From: Bacteroidales bacterium
GTDB lineage: Bacteria; Bacteroidota; Bacteroidia; Bacteroidales; UBA932
DNA: 64,000 nucleotides
NCBI GenBank assembly: GCA_017615615.1
Contig: JAFZZW010000088.1
Span: forward strand, 395-64,394
Reading direction: 5' to 3'
Made by a program: the position numbers and the translations under genes. The stretch's first letter is position 1. Every line of letters starts with the position of its first letter. The notes under the pieces were generated by a model. That model had not been told where the DNA came from and made no database searches. It saw nothing but the letters and a program-made list of their open reading frames with translations. Below, in pieces: positions 18,766 through 29,582 of this stretch.

Positions 18766-21057
18766 TTATTCAACTACAGCGAAACAACCGATGGGATTCT
18801 CGTTCGCAGAGAGCATATACATGCTGCCGTTCTTGTAGATGTGATAGGTTGATGCAAAGTAGACATCTCCGGAGGTGGTGACTTGAATAGGATGCTCGCA
18901 GTTGAACCAATCGTCATCCAGCGTATAGAGGACAGTGCCGTCACGCAGAATGGTAGTTTTATCGTTATTATTATCTGCAATGGCAACATAGATATGCCCG
19001 CCGGAGATGCTGAGTGCTATCTGTGAATTAAAGGAACCTTCCGGATTAATGAGAGTAAATACCTCTCCGTTCTTATAAAGCACATAATTATGCCCGTCAT
19101 CATTATCCTTATCCAAGATATAGATATCACCTTCTTCAGAAATGTCGATAACAGAATGGTGCGCAGTGTTTTTCTTCTTCATCAGCGTTTCCTTCAGGCT
19201 GCCGTCGGGGGCATATTGGTACAGGGCGAGATAATAGTCTCCGAATGAGTTGGTGATATTGGCGGTAATATGAATACTGCCGTCAGGTGCTATTGCCGCC
19301 CTGAAACTATAAGGACTGTTTTTGAAACTACCTGTCAGGTTGCAAGTTGTACTTGTTCCATCGGGCATTGTCCTAATGATGTAGTACGTGTCATTCAGGG
19401 AACTTCTTACAACCAGGGCGACGGTACCGTTTCGTTCCGTCATGCAAATAGCATCATCATAGCGAGGACTGGAGAAGGGCATCTCGCAAACGGGCCTGCG
19501 GTTCTTGCACAGATAATCTTTATAGTACGGACCATTCTGGTACACTTCTACTGTGTATAAATCAGGGCCTTCCGAATATATGCAGCTCACCTGAATACAA
19601 CGGAACTTATACCACTGCTCAAGATACTCGTCAAATGTTCCTGAGAGCGGATCCAGCTCGCCATTGACATAAAGCAAAGGAAAGCTGCTATTGAATGAAT
19701 AATACACTTTGGTGCCCTCTTCTTTGCTCACCGTCACGGTACAGCTGGCAGTGTAGCCGCCCTCCTCGGAGGTGGCGGTGACGGTGGTGGTGCCTTCCGT
19801 CAGGGCCATAATCTTGCCTTCGGCCGATACGGTGGCCACATCCTCATTGCTGGAAGTCCAGCTGACGTTTTTGTTGGCCGCATACTCCGGGTTGTAAACC
19901 ACGCTGAGGGTATATGTCTGCCCCACGGTGAGCTGAAGTTCCGTCATATCGAAGGAGATGCCCACCAGAGTGGGATCCTGAATTACGGTAACTTCGCACC
20001 AGCCCTGTATGTCGGGATACTCCTTGGAGCGGGCCACGATCCTCACATTCCCCTTTTTCACGCCCGTCACGAGACCATTTTCATCGACTGTGGCAACGTC
20101 CGAGTTATTGGAACCCCATTCAACCGTCTGGGTGGCGCCGGCAGGAGAGACGGTGGCTGTGAGCTGCATGGTCCGGCCTTCGGGAACCTCCACTGATGCG
20201 GGTGTGACGGTGACCCCTTCCGCGACAGCCCGTACGTTGACGGTGCATTCGTCCGTAAAGCCTCCGTCGTTGGTGGTGATGGTGACTGTGGCGTTGCCAT
20301 AATCGACGCCCATAACCTTGCCGTCGGCGCTTACCGTAACGGCCTGGGTGTTGCTGCTGGTGAACTTCACTCCCGTGTCGGTGGCGGATTGGGGCTCAAA
20401 GCGCCACTGGAGCTGGGCTGACTCTCCCTTCTGGACGGCAACGTCCTTGGTCTGGAACGATATGCCTGTGACGGGGATTACGAATTTTGCGACGGTGACT
20501 TCGCATTTTGCGGTGAATCCGCCGTCCTCCGTCCTGACGGTGATGGTGGCCTTACCCTCGTTGTGCGCCCGGACGTAACCGAGATTATCCACGCTCGCCA
20601 CCTCATCATTGCTGCTGGACCAGCTGACGGCGATGTTGGTGGCATTCGCCGGTTCCACGGTGGCGGAGAGCTGGTAGACATCGCCTTCTGTCATCTCATA
20701 GCTGGTCTTGTCCAGCTTGACGCCGGTGACAGGGACGGGCTTGCTGGTGACCATGATGATGCAGGCATCTGTGAGGCCGCCTGCGAGTGTGGTAACTGTA
20801 ATGCTGGCCATGCCTTCGGCGAAAGCTGTTACCTTGCCGTCCTTGTCAACATCTGCAACGCTGGGCTTTGAGCTGCTCCAGTTGACAGCGGTGTTGGTGG
20901 CGTTGGACGGGGCGATGGTAGCTGCCAGCGTGACGGCCTCTCCCACGGCAATGGTGAGTTCGTGCTTGTCCAGAACGACCGAGGTGGGGTCAATTTCTTT
21001 TGTGCATCCTGCGGCGAGGGTAAGCAGCGCCGCGAGCGCGAAGAAGATTCGTTTCAT
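18766..21057 (-). CDS. Lipoprotein with five Ig-like (Big_2) repeats and a C-terminal beta-rich domain
   Basis: AAGC lipobox; repeated L.ATV.P.NATN..V.WSSS...VA.V...G.V.....G...ITVTT.DGG....C.V.V. Confidence 0.9.
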   Translation of the reverse strand: MKRIFFALAALLTLAAGCTKEIDPTSVVLDKHELTIAVGEAVTLAATIAPSNATNTAVNWSSSKPSVADVDKDGKVTAFAEGMASITVTTLAGGLTDACIIMVTSKPVPVTGVKLDKTSYEMTEGDVYQLSATVEPANATNIAVSWSSSNDEVASVDNLGYVRAHNEGKATITVRTEDGGFTAKCEVTVAKFVIPVTGISFQTKDVAVQKGESAQLQWRFEPQSATDTGVKFTSSNTQAVTVSADGKVMGVDYGNATVTITTNDGGFTDECTVNVRAVAEGVTVTPASVEVPEGRTMQLTATVSPAGATQTVEWGSNNSDVATVDENGLVTGVKKGNVRIVARSKEYPDIQGWCEVTVIQDPTLVGISFDMTELQLTVGQTYTLSVVYNPEYAANKNVSWTSSNEDVATVSAEGKIMALTEGTTTVTATSEEGGYTASCTVTVSKEEGTKVYYSFNSSFPLLYVNGELDPLSGTFDEYLEQWYKFRCIQVSCIYSEGPDLYTVEVYQNGPYYKDYLCKNRRPVCEMPFSSPRYDDAICMTERNGTVALVVRSSLNDTYYIIRTMPDGTSTTCNLTGSFKNSPYSFRAAIAPDGSIHITANITNSFGDYYLALYQYAPDGSLKETLMKKKNTAHHSVIDISEEGDIYILDKDNDDGHNYVLYKNGEVFTLINPEGSFNSQIALSISGGHIYVAIADNNNDKTTILRDGTVLYTLDDDWFNCEHPIQVTTSGDVYFASTYHIYKNGSMYMLSANENPIGCFAVVE

Positions 21058-21126
21058 TACGGGACGATGTTAATCGGTATCTTGTAGACCGTCAAATATA
21101 AGCATCATCAAGCAGAAACGCAAATG

Positions 21127-21214
21127 CCCGGTGTGCAAAAAGGGCCTGATTTGCACACGGGAGGGTGGAAAACAATGATGCCGTGTGCAAATCCTGGGCG
21201 TTTTGCACACGGCA
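21127..21214. repeat. Inverted palindrome doublet GTGTGCAAA-N-TTTGCACAC (REPIN-like)
   Basis: Copies at about 21127-21161 and 21179-21214 in opposite orientation. Confidence 0.8.
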
Positions 21215-21343
21215 TTGGAGTACAGGCTGATACCCGAGCGCTGGCCGGAGGTGCGCAGAAAAGACTGGCTGCTGCCGTGGGATGGGAACGACACCCACAG
21301 CCGGAAGTACACCGACCAGTTTGACAAGATACTCAAGTAGTCC

Positions 21344-22453
21344 CTATACTTTCAGGAACCATTTGCGCCGGTACATGATCAGCAGGATGAAAAAGAGTAT
21401 GAGGGCGTTGACAAGCGCAATCATGACGGGGTAAACCGCGGTGCCCTCCAAAGCGGGCAACAGGGAAGCGGAGACGGAGTCGAACATCACGGCCTCGCCC
21501 AGGCAGTATGCCGTAATGGCGTTCATTCCGTAGATTTTGAGCCACGAGAGGCCTTTGCGCCAACCCCTGACATCAACGATGTAATAGGTCAATGCGGTAA
21601 GCAGGAAACAGATCCCGCCGGAATACAGCGTCATCGTACTGCTCCAGATTTTCTTGATAATGGGGAACACGGGGCTCAATGCAAGGCCCGCGGCGACAAG
21701 GATGACGCCAATCCCGGCTACAATACCGGCCCTGGCCGCGGGAGAGCGCTTCCCGCTCTTGAGCACCTGCCCGGCAAAGCAGCCCAGCAGCACCGTTACG
21801 GCAAAATTGAGGCTGGACAGGATCCAAGTGTACTTATAACGCTTCATGAAGCGCCAGCCGCCGTCTGCAGCCCATTCGACGCCGTCGCGATGGGAGCCCA
21901 GTACGGCCTTGTCCACCGTCATTGCTACGTTGTCCTGCGGGTCGAGATTCATTCCCGTGCAGCAGAAGGCAATCCAGTACGCGGCAAAAAGCAGGACCGC
22001 GGCCGATATCTGCCATTTGGTGTCCGTATGGACAAACAGCAAAGCCGCCACAACATAGCCTACAGCAATGGCCTGGAGGGTGTTTGCATAAGGATGGAAC
22101 TGCTTCCAGTCCAGCAGCAGGAGATTGCCCTGGACTATCCATCCCAGAAGGAACAGCAGGCAGAAACGCTTGAGCAGCTTAAGGTAAAACTTCCCGTCCG
22201 GCTTGACTCCTTCCTTGTACTTTGCCATGGAGAAAGGAATGGTGATGCCGGAAAGGAACAGGAACAGCGGCATTATTATGTCCCAGGTGGCAAAGCCCTC
22301 CCAGTTTACGTGCTGAAGCTGATGCGAAAGCCATGCAGTACCATCGGGGAACAGTTTGCACACACTCTTAAGGACGGGTCCTATGAACAGCAGCAGAAAC
22401 ATGTCCGCCCCGCGAAGGACATCCAGAGACTCAAGCCTGTCTTTTCTTTCCAT
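21344..22453 (-). CDS. HGSNAT-like/DUF5009 membrane acyltransferase
   Basis: RLESLDVLRG, H..WEG...WD.IMPLFLF.SG, PIIKKIWSS, YGMNAI. Confidence 0.88.
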   Translation of the reverse strand: MERKDRLESLDVLRGADMFLLLFIGPVLKSVCKLFPDGTAWLSHQLQHVNWEGFATWDIIMPLFLFLSGITIPFSMAKYKEGVKPDGKFYLKLLKRFCLLFLLGWIVQGNLLLLDWKQFHPYANTLQAIAVGYVVAALLFVHTDTKWQISAAVLLFAAYWIAFCCTGMNLDPQDNVAMTVDKAVLGSHRDGVEWAADGGWRFMKRYKYTWILSSLNFAVTVLLGCFAGQVLKSGKRSPAARAGIVAGIGVILVAAGLALSPVFPIIKKIWSSTMTLYSGGICFLLTALTYYIVDVRGWRKGLSWLKIYGMNAITAYCLGEAVMFDSVSASLLPALEGTAVYPVMIALVNALILFFILLIMYRRKWFLKV

Positions 22454-22471
22454 GGGTGCAAAGATAAAAGA

Positions 22472-23179
22472 TTAATCGATGATTTCCACCTTGCTGCGTG
22501 TAACCTTGAGCGTAACCTTTCCGCTTATGTGCTCCCGGACTTCTTCCATCGAAGGGAAAAACACATTGTATGCGGAAGAAGTGGGGAAGCGGTTGAACCA
22601 GGGGTCGTCCTCGATGTAATATTCGATTCCGGCTACACCGGGGTTGCCTCCGACCACACGGTGATAGGCCGTGATACGCTGGGCGATGCGGGGAAGGAGC
22701 TTGAGCCCCTGCCGGCCGTCCCTGAAGCTGACGATCGCAACAACATGCACCCTGGGACGCTTGTCGATGAGCGCCTCCCGCTGCTCCTGCGTTGAACGGT
22801 GGGATATGGTGATGTGCCGGCCGAACTTGCTGTTTATGTCGTTCATCATCTGCCGGAAGACCTTCCCGTGGGCCGATGTGTCACTGATCCCGTTAAGCTT
22901 GATGTAATAATGTATCATCTCGTGGATGACGGTGTCTTCCAACTCGGGCTCCGGCAGGTCGAAGCGGGTGCTGAAGCGCAGCTTGAAGTCATAATACTCC
23001 CTCTTGCGCAGCAGTCTCCTGCGGGTCTTGAACGTGCATTGGCCAACGTACGAAGCCGCCCGCCCCAGAACAATCGGGACCTTCGGCAGCGAGCCTCCGA
23101 ACATCAGCGCGTTGAACTCGTCGAACCTGGACTCTATGTATGGAACGGCAGGAATCATACGGACCGGCAAATTTACCAT
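22472..23179 (-). CDS. SprT-like zinc metalloprotease
   Basis: FDEFNALMFGG.LP, TVIHEMIH, HGKVF; true start may be 23158. Confidence 0.88.
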   Translation of the reverse strand: MVNLPVRMIPAVPYIESRFDEFNALMFGGSLPKVPIVLGRAASYVGQCTFKTRRRLLRKREYYDFKLRFSTRFDLPEPELEDTVIHEMIHYYIKLNGISDTSAHGKVFRQMMNDINSKFGRHITISHRSTQEQREALIDKRPRVHVVAIVSFRDGRQGLKLLPRIAQRITAYHRVVGGNPGVAGIEYYIEDDPWFNRFPTSSAYNVFFPSMEEVREHISGKVTLKVTRSKVEIID

Positions 23180-23233
23180 TTTTTTTCTGCCCGAAAAAGC
23201 GTACCTTTACGGCATAACCATTTTCTTTTCGCG

Positions 23234-25534
23234 ATGAAATTCAGATTATTCGCTGCCGCGTTGCTTGCTTGCGTATTGTCAAGCTCCTGCGTGGAAACGC
23301 CGGCCGAGGTTGCAGTTACAGGAGTACAGCTTTCGGACAATGAAATCGAACTGATTGTAGGACAGACACATAATCTGTCTGTCTCCGTCCTCCCGGATAA
23401 CGCCACGAACAAGAATGTCAAATGGAGCTCGGGCGTGCCGAGCGTGGCAACCGTAAGCGACGACGGCATTGTCGTCGCAATAGCTATGGGCGCGTCCACC
23501 GTAACAGTCACCACCGAGGACGGCGGCTTCAAGGCAAGCTGCGCCGTTATCGTGAAGAAAAGGGTCATCCCGGTAGAATCGGTATCCCTCAACCACAGTG
23601 AATTCGCAATGGACGAAGGCGGCGACCTGTACCTCTCCGCTTCTGTCCTCCCCAAGGATGCCACAGACCCTACTGTCATCTGGACTGCCAGCCCGGAAAG
23701 CGTCCTCTCGGTAAATGAATCCGGCAAAGTGCACGCAGAGGGCCCGGGGGAGGGCGATGTGACCGTGACCACTGTGGACGGCGGCTTCAAGGCCAGCTGC
23801 CACATCTCGGTGATAGCCAAGACCGTCAATGCGGAAAGCGTAACTCTTGACAAGGAATCCCTGGAGCTTACGGTAGGTGAAACTGCAACGCTGACCGCTA
23901 CTGTCAGCCCGGAGAATACCACAAACAAGACAATCGACTGGAGAAGTGCCGACACTTCGATTGCGACCGTCGACCAGAACGGAACAGTCACTGCCGTGGC
24001 CCCCGGCAAAGTTAATATCAGGGCTGTCTGCGGCGCCGTGGAGGGCATCTGCCAGGTAACGGTCAAGGCGATTCATGCCACGGGCATTACAGTCGAGCCT
24101 CAAACCGCAACCCTGATGGAAGGGGAAACCTTACAGCTCAAGGCAACTGTGTACCCTGCATCCGCAGACCAGACGGTAGAATGGGCGTCCAATGACACCA
24201 AAGTGGCAAAGGTCGATGCCAACGGCCTTGTGACCGCAACCGGAGCGGGCAAGACACAAATCTACGCCCGTTCCAAGGCATTCAATGATGTCAAGTCCTA
24301 TTGTGAACTGACCGTCAACCAGGACACGTCTCTCAAGGGAATCGCGCTGAGCTCCACAATAATGACCATCAAGGCCGGCGAGTCCCGTACCCTTACCGTA
24401 ACGTTCACCCCCTCCTATGCCGCCAATAAAAACATCAAATGGACGTCCAGCAACAATGGGGTGGCGGCGGTGAGCCAGGAAGGCACGGTTACAGGCATGT
24501 CCGAGGGCGAGGCCATCATTACCGCCACGGCCGAGGACGGCGGCCATACCGCAAGCTGCAAGGTGACGGTTTCCGGAAGCTCCGGGCCGGTTGTTTACTA
24601 TTGGAACAATTCCGTATGTTACATGAACGGGGTCCCTGATCCCCGCAACGGCGCTTTCGATGCCGAAAAGTTCACTGCACAGCCCGACGCCGCCAAAGGC
24701 GCTGACTGTGTGGGGAAGACCTTATATACGATAGAGTCTTATAAAGACCACGGCGTCTCCTGCCTGTATTTGTGCAAGGACAGGGAGCCGGTCTGGAAAC
24801 TGCCCGATGCTCTCAAGCATGGAACGATAAGCGGCTTCTGTGCCACGGAAAACTATTATGCACTGCTCTTCAAGAACAGCAAATCGGACTACTCCGTTTG
24901 GAAGGGCAAGTATGGTGAAGATCCTGTAGAAGTTCATATAACCGGCACGTTCAAGGAGTTTGAGCATCCCAAAATCGCGGCTCTGAACGATGGCCGGATA
25001 ATTGTGGCCGTCAGGATAACGGATTCCTTCAACGACAGGTTCCTGGCCAGGTACGTAATCAATAACGACAATAAAGTCGATGAATACAACATCCATCCTC
25101 ATTGGAGCTTGGATCCGGCCATTGCCGTCACAGAAAGCGGAGATGATTATATATTTGGAGTTGATATAGACTCGGACGATGTGAATTATTACAAGGGCTA
25201 CCTGTACAAGAATGGAGAATTCGTTTCAGCTTATGATAAACTGAGATATACCTGCTTCGGGGCGATCGCCTTGCATAACGGTGATGTTTATACGGCTGTA
25301 TATGACCAGGAACAGGTGCAAACCCGGGTCCGCAAGGGCGACAACGTAATCTATACCATTTACGACAAAAGGTTCGTTTCGCCTGAAAACAATCGTCCCA
25401 TGTACATTACAAAGTCCGGAGATGTATATCTGGCGGGGTCATATACAAGCGAGGGAAGCGCCCTGTTTTTGAACGGGGAACTGTTGTATTCCGGTGACTA
25501 CAGGGCTTTTGAGTGTTATTGTATAGCAGAATGA
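23234..25534 (+). CDS. Lipoprotein with five Big_2 repeats, paralog of 18766-21057
   Basis: Signal peptide ending SSC; same repeat architecture; shared QD..L.GI...P.YAANKN and SGDVY motifs. Confidence 0.9.
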   Translation: MKFRLFAAALLACVLSSSCVETPAEVAVTGVQLSDNEIELIVGQTHNLSVSVLPDNATNKNVKWSSGVPSVATVSDDGIVVAIAMGASTVTVTTEDGGFKASCAVIVKKRVIPVESVSLNHSEFAMDEGGDLYLSASVLPKDATDPTVIWTASPESVLSVNESGKVHAEGPGEGDVTVTTVDGGFKASCHISVIAKTVNAESVTLDKESLELTVGETATLTATVSPENTTNKTIDWRSADTSIATVDQNGTVTAVAPGKVNIRAVCGAVEGICQVTVKAIHATGITVEPQTATLMEGETLQLKATVYPASADQTVEWASNDTKVAKVDANGLVTATGAGKTQIYARSKAFNDVKSYCELTVNQDTSLKGIALSSTIMTIKAGESRTLTVTFTPSYAANKNIKWTSSNNGVAAVSQEGTVTGMSEGEAIITATAEDGGHTASCKVTVSGSSGPVVYYWNNSVCYMNGVPDPRNGAFDAEKFTAQPDAAKGADCVGKTLYTIESYKDHGVSCLYLCKDREPVWKLPDALKHGTISGFCATENYYALLFKNSKSDYSVWKGKYGEDPVEVHITGTFKEFEHPKIAALNDGRIIVAVRITDSFNDRFLARYVINNDNKVDEYNIHPHWSLDPAIAVTESGDDYIFGVDIDSDDVNYYKGYLYKNGEFVSAYDKLRYTCFGAIALHNGDVYTAVYDQEQVQTRVRKGDNVIYTIYDKRFVSPENNRPMYITKSGDVYLAGSYTSEGSALFLNGELLYSGDYRAFECYCIAE

Positions 25535-26034
25535 AATTCATAGTATTGGCGACAATGTTACTGTCACTGTTCGGCTGCGGAAAAAGCGGCGACGATTTTG
25601 AAAACGGCAAGAAGCCGGAGGGCGCTTTCAAGTATTACGAATACAGGTCAACCACCATGCGGGAATACCCACGCGAGTATTACCGTCTGGAGAACACGGA
25701 GGATAAGGGCCTGACCCTTTCCTGGGCCAAGTCCAATTCTCCCGTTACCGTCCTCAGGGTTCCTGAAGAGTCCGTGGAGAAGCTTACCTCCCTTATCAAC
25801 CAGTACAAGCTTTATAAGATGAAGGACAGGTACACCCCGCCGTTCGATGTCAGGGACGGCATCATGTGGCATGTGTACTTCAGGTATGAGGGCTCAAGTA
25901 CCAGCACCAGCGCCGACAACGCCTGGCCGCCCGAGCCGATGAAAAAGGGCATAGAAGAAATAAATGCATATTTCGGCCGCCTTATCGAAGCTTCCTCTCA
26001 GGAAGACATAATCGAAGTAAAGAGCGCTGAATGA
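25531..26034 (+). CDS. Hypothetical lipoprotein
   Basis: MKFIVLATMLLSLFGC lipobox; ATGA overlap with previous gene. Confidence 0.8.
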   Translation: MKFIVLATMLLSLFGCGKSGDDFENGKKPEGAFKYYEYRSTTMREYPREYYRLENTEDKGLTLSWAKSNSPVTVLRVPEESVEKLTSLINQYKLYKMKDRYTPPFDVRDGIMWHVYFRYEGSSTSTSADNAWPPEPMKKGIEEINAYFGRLIEASSQEDIIEVKSAE

Positions 26035-26047
26035 TTTAACAAATTGT

Positions 26048-28144
26048 ATGATGAAAAAGATATTGATCTTTACCGCCATGTGTGCACTTACCGCAGCTTC
26101 ATGTGCTCCCCAGCTTCCGCAGGCCCGCAAAGACGGGACCGTTGACAATTACTTCGGAGTCGATGTCCCCGACCCGTACCGCTGGCTGGAGGACGACCGC
26201 TCCGAAGAGACCGCCGCATGGGTGGCGGCGGAAAACAAAGTCACCTCTCACTACCTTGGCAAGATCCCTTTCCGGGGCAAGCTCCTCGCCCGCCTCACCG
26301 AGGTCGCCAATTACGAAAAGGTCGGCACTCCGTCCCTCAAACGTAACGGCAAATGGTATTTCTACAAGAACGACGGCCTGCAGAACCAGAGCGTCCTGTA
26401 CGAGATGGACTCCCTGGACGGCGAACCCCGCGTGCTGCTCGACCCCAACACCTTGAGCGAAGATGGAACAGTGGCCCTCAAAGGGGTTTATTTCAGCAAC
26501 GACAGCCGCTATATGGCTTATACCATTTCCCGTAGCGGAAGCGACTGGGAGGAAATATATGTGCTTGATCTGCCGTCCAAAGAATTGCTGGAAGACCACA
26601 TCGTATGGGCCAAGTTCACCGGCGCCGCATGGCGCGGGGATGGCTTCTACTACAGCGCGTACGATGCCCCGGACGGCTCCGAGTTTTCCGGCAAGAACGA
26701 GGTCCACAAGATTTATTACCACAAGATAGGCACACCCCAGAGCGAGGACGAGCTCTTCTTCTCCAATCCCGACGAGCCCCTCCGTTTCTATACCCTCAGC
26801 ATCAACGAAGAGGAGACCATGGCCTTCCTGTCCGAGGACGGCGCCGACATAGGCAACAACCTCTATGTCAAGGACCTGGTGCGCGGCGGTGACTTTGTCC
26901 TCATGACCCCGGACATGAAGCACGCCTGCTATCCCGTCGAGACCGACGGCGACCGCATCTTCATCTTCACCAATGCCGGCGCCCCCATGAACAGGCTTAT
27001 GGTTGCCGATGTCCGCAAGCCTTTCCAGACCAACTGGAAGGAGTTGATTCCCGAGAGCGACTGCGTGCTGGACGGCGTCTCATTCGTGGCCGACAAGATC
27101 ATCCTCACCTATTCCCAGGATGCTTCCACGCATGCATATATCTGCGGACTTGACGGTTCCGGGCGCACGGAGATCCAGCTTCCGGGCGTAGGAAGCGCAG
27201 GCTTCAACTGCCGCAAGGGAGAGCCCTGGTGCTTCTACTCATATTCGTCCTTTACCTCTCCCGGCACCATTTACACCTTTAATCCTGAATCGCTTGAAAG
27301 CGAGCTGTACCGCCAGCCCGCCATGGCGTTCGACCCTTCGATCCTCGAGAGCCGCCAGGTGTTCTTCCCTTCAAAGGACGGCACTATGATTCCCATGTTC
27401 CTCACTTACCGCAAGGACATAAAGCTCGACGGCAACAACCCGGTCTATCTGTATGGATACGGCGGATTCGACATCTCCCTTCCTCCATCCTTCTCTGCAA
27501 GCCGCATCCCCTGGCTCGAGAGGGGCGGCGTCTATGCTCAGGTCAACCTGCGCGGTGGCGGAGAATATGGCGAGGCATGGCACCTGGCCGGCACAAAGAT
27601 GCAGAAGCAGAATGTATTTGATGATTTCATCGGCGCAGCGGAGTGGCTGATCGCCCAGGGCTGGACCAACAGCTCCCGCCTCGCCATAGTCGGCGGCTCA
27701 AACGGCGGCCTTCTGGTTGGCGCATGCATGACGCAGCGTCCGGAACTGTTTGCCGTGGCAATCCCCCAGGTGGGCGTGATGGATATGCTCCGCTACCACA
27801 AGTTCACCATCGGCTGGAACTGGGCATCCGATTACGGCACCAGCGAGGATTCTCCGGAGATGTTCCGGTATCTCCTGGGATACTCGCCGCTTCATAACCT
27901 GAAGCCCGGGGTGTCGTATCCCGCCACGCTGGTAACCACAGCAGACCATGACGACCGCGTGGTTCCCGCCCATTCCTTCAAGTTCGCAGCCACTCTTCAG
28001 GAGTGCAACGCAGGCCCTGCGCCGGCTCTCATCCGCATCGACACCAAGGCCGGGCACGGCGGCGGCAAGCCCCTTGCAAAAGTGCTCGAGGAGCAGGCGG
28101 ATATCTATTCGTTCATAATGAAGAACGTCGGCATGGAGTGGTAG
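26048..28144 (+). CDS. Prolyl oligopeptidase (S9A), lipoprotein
   Basis: DPYRWLED, GGSNGGLL, DHDDRVVP, AGHG catalytic motifs. Confidence 0.96.
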   Translation: MMKKILIFTAMCALTAASCAPQLPQARKDGTVDNYFGVDVPDPYRWLEDDRSEETAAWVAAENKVTSHYLGKIPFRGKLLARLTEVANYEKVGTPSLKRNGKWYFYKNDGLQNQSVLYEMDSLDGEPRVLLDPNTLSEDGTVALKGVYFSNDSRYMAYTISRSGSDWEEIYVLDLPSKELLEDHIVWAKFTGAAWRGDGFYYSAYDAPDGSEFSGKNEVHKIYYHKIGTPQSEDELFFSNPDEPLRFYTLSINEEETMAFLSEDGADIGNNLYVKDLVRGGDFVLMTPDMKHACYPVETDGDRIFIFTNAGAPMNRLMVADVRKPFQTNWKELIPESDCVLDGVSFVADKIILTYSQDASTHAYICGLDGSGRTEIQLPGVGSAGFNCRKGEPWCFYSYSSFTSPGTIYTFNPESLESELYRQPAMAFDPSILESRQVFFPSKDGTMIPMFLTYRKDIKLDGNNPVYLYGYGGFDISLPPSFSASRIPWLERGGVYAQVNLRGGGEYGEAWHLAGTKMQKQNVFDDFIGAAEWLIAQGWTNSSRLAIVGGSNGGLLVGACMTQRPELFAVAIPQVGVMDMLRYHKFTIGWNWASDYGTSEDSPEMFRYLLGYSPLHNLKPGVSYPATLVTTADHDDRVVPAHSFKFAATLQECNAGPAPALIRIDTKAGHGGGKPLAKVLEEQADIYSFIMKNVGMEW

Positions 28145-28154
28145 CCGGAAAGCG

Positions 28155-29582
28155 TTATTTCACGCTCTCCGACAACCTGCAGACGCCCGAATAATCAACA
28201 GCTTCCTTACCGTCCAGATAATCGATGATCATCTGGGAGGTGAGGTAGTTCATTGCGCGGCCCTGGTCTTTGCGGGGCGATACGCTTACCGCTGCGGCGT
28301 AGCTGTTGGTGACTACCTTGTATGTCTTCTTGAGGCAGAACTTGCTGCCGTCGGGATGGGTTATCTTTATGTCCTTGAGCATCCCGGGATCCTTCTTGTC
28401 GCGGATGAGTTCGCACTTGATGCCGCTCACCTTGGGGAAGCCGTAGCCGTCGGCTGCGTTGCAGGCCATGAGCATCTGCTTGAGTTCTTCACCGGTGAGT
28501 TCCAGCATCACGGCGTCGTTGCCGAACGGGTCCAGGCGCAGGACGTCCGCAACGGTGAAGGGACCGGCCTCGTGGCTGCCGTAGCGTATGCCGCCTGCGT
28601 TGACGAAGCCTACGTCTGCCTTGCCGCTGGCGCAGAAGGCGTCGGCCATGAGGCAACCGAGCTCCTCATACGAGGTGATGGGAGCCGACAGCCGGCAGAG
28701 GGTGCGCTGGAATTCGGGATTGTTGCTGAAGAATTTGAGAAGCTGGGCGGTGGCGGCGTTCTCCTTGGGATAGGTGCCGACCTCGATGTTCTCCGCCCTC
28801 TTGTCCACCACTTTGCCGTTCTCGAGCGTGAGGGTGATGTGGGTGCATCTTGCCAGACGGTTGACGTTCTGGGTAATCAGAAGGCCGTTGTGGATCTCGC
28901 CGCCCTCGAGCTGGGTGTGGGAGTGTCCGCCGACGATAAGGTCCGCCCACGGGACGTCCTTGGAAAGCTCTACATCCTCTTCATAGCCGATGTGGGTCAG
29001 AAGGAGCACCACGTTGCACTTGTCGCGCAGCCAGGAATACTGCTGGAGAGTTTCGGGGGCGGGCTTGAATTCCAGGCCTTTGCAATTGTCGGGGTGGGAA
29101 TCGGGGATGCCGGCAGGGCCTACCTCCACAACTCCGATGACGGCCACGCTGATTCCGTTGACGTCGAAAATCTGGTACGGACGCAGGTGGATGCCCCATT
29201 TGGAGTCGGGAAAGACGTTGGCGCAGATGTGGGGGAAATTGGCAAGATCGATGAGCTTGGCAAGGCCTGCGGGGCCGGAGTCGAATTCGTGGTTGCCGAG
29301 GGTTGTGGCGTCGAAGCCGATCTGGTTCATGAGGGCCACCATAGGATAAGCCGGAATCTCGTTCATGTCGTTGAGGGGCTCGCCGGTGCGGTTGTCTCCG
29401 GCGGAAAGCACCAGCAGGCCGGGATATTCGGCGCGGAGGCTGTCGACAATGGCGCTCAGGCGGGGCATGTTTTCGATCTTGGCGTGCACGTCGTTGACGG
29501 AGACTATGTGCACCTCGGAGCGTTGGGCAAGGGCGCAAAGGCTCAGCAACGCAAAGCAAAAGACTGCGGTTATCCTTTTCAT
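28155..29582 (-). CDS. Bifunctional 5'-nucleotidase/UDP-sugar hydrolase
   Basis: NDVH, AGD, LGNHEFD, THIG, GGHSH, NAGGIR, PFGN; signal peptide. Confidence 0.93.
   Translation of the reverse strand: MKRITAVFCFALLSLCALAQRSEVHIVSVNDVHAKIENMPRLSAIVDSLRAEYPGLLVLSAGDNRTGEPLNDMNEIPAYPMVALMNQIGFDATTLGNHEFDSGPAGLAKLIDLANFPHICANVFPDSKWGIHLRPYQIFDVNGISVAVIGVVEVGPAGIPDSHPDNCKGLEFKPAPETLQQYSWLRDKCNVVLLLTHIGYEEDVELSKDVPWADLIVGGHSHTQLEGGEIHNGLLITQNVNRLARCTHITLTLENGKVVDKRAENIEVGTYPKENAATAQLLKFFSNNPEFQRTLCRLSAPITSYEELGCLMADAFCASGKADVGFVNAGGIRYGSHEAGPFTVADVLRLDPFGNDAVMLELTGEELKQMLMACNAADGYGFPKVSGIKCELIRDKKDPGMLKDIKITHPDGSKFCLKKTYKVVTNSYAAAVSVSPRKDQGRAMNYLTSQMIIDYLDGKEAVDYSGVCRLSESVK

Noticed and set aside
22799-23233. 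N-terminal extensions given in the ORF track (22799, 33737, 36847, 40588, 45668 and others)
   Set aside because: They overlap neighbouring genes or repeats; downstream ATGs give proper signal peptides or family N termini
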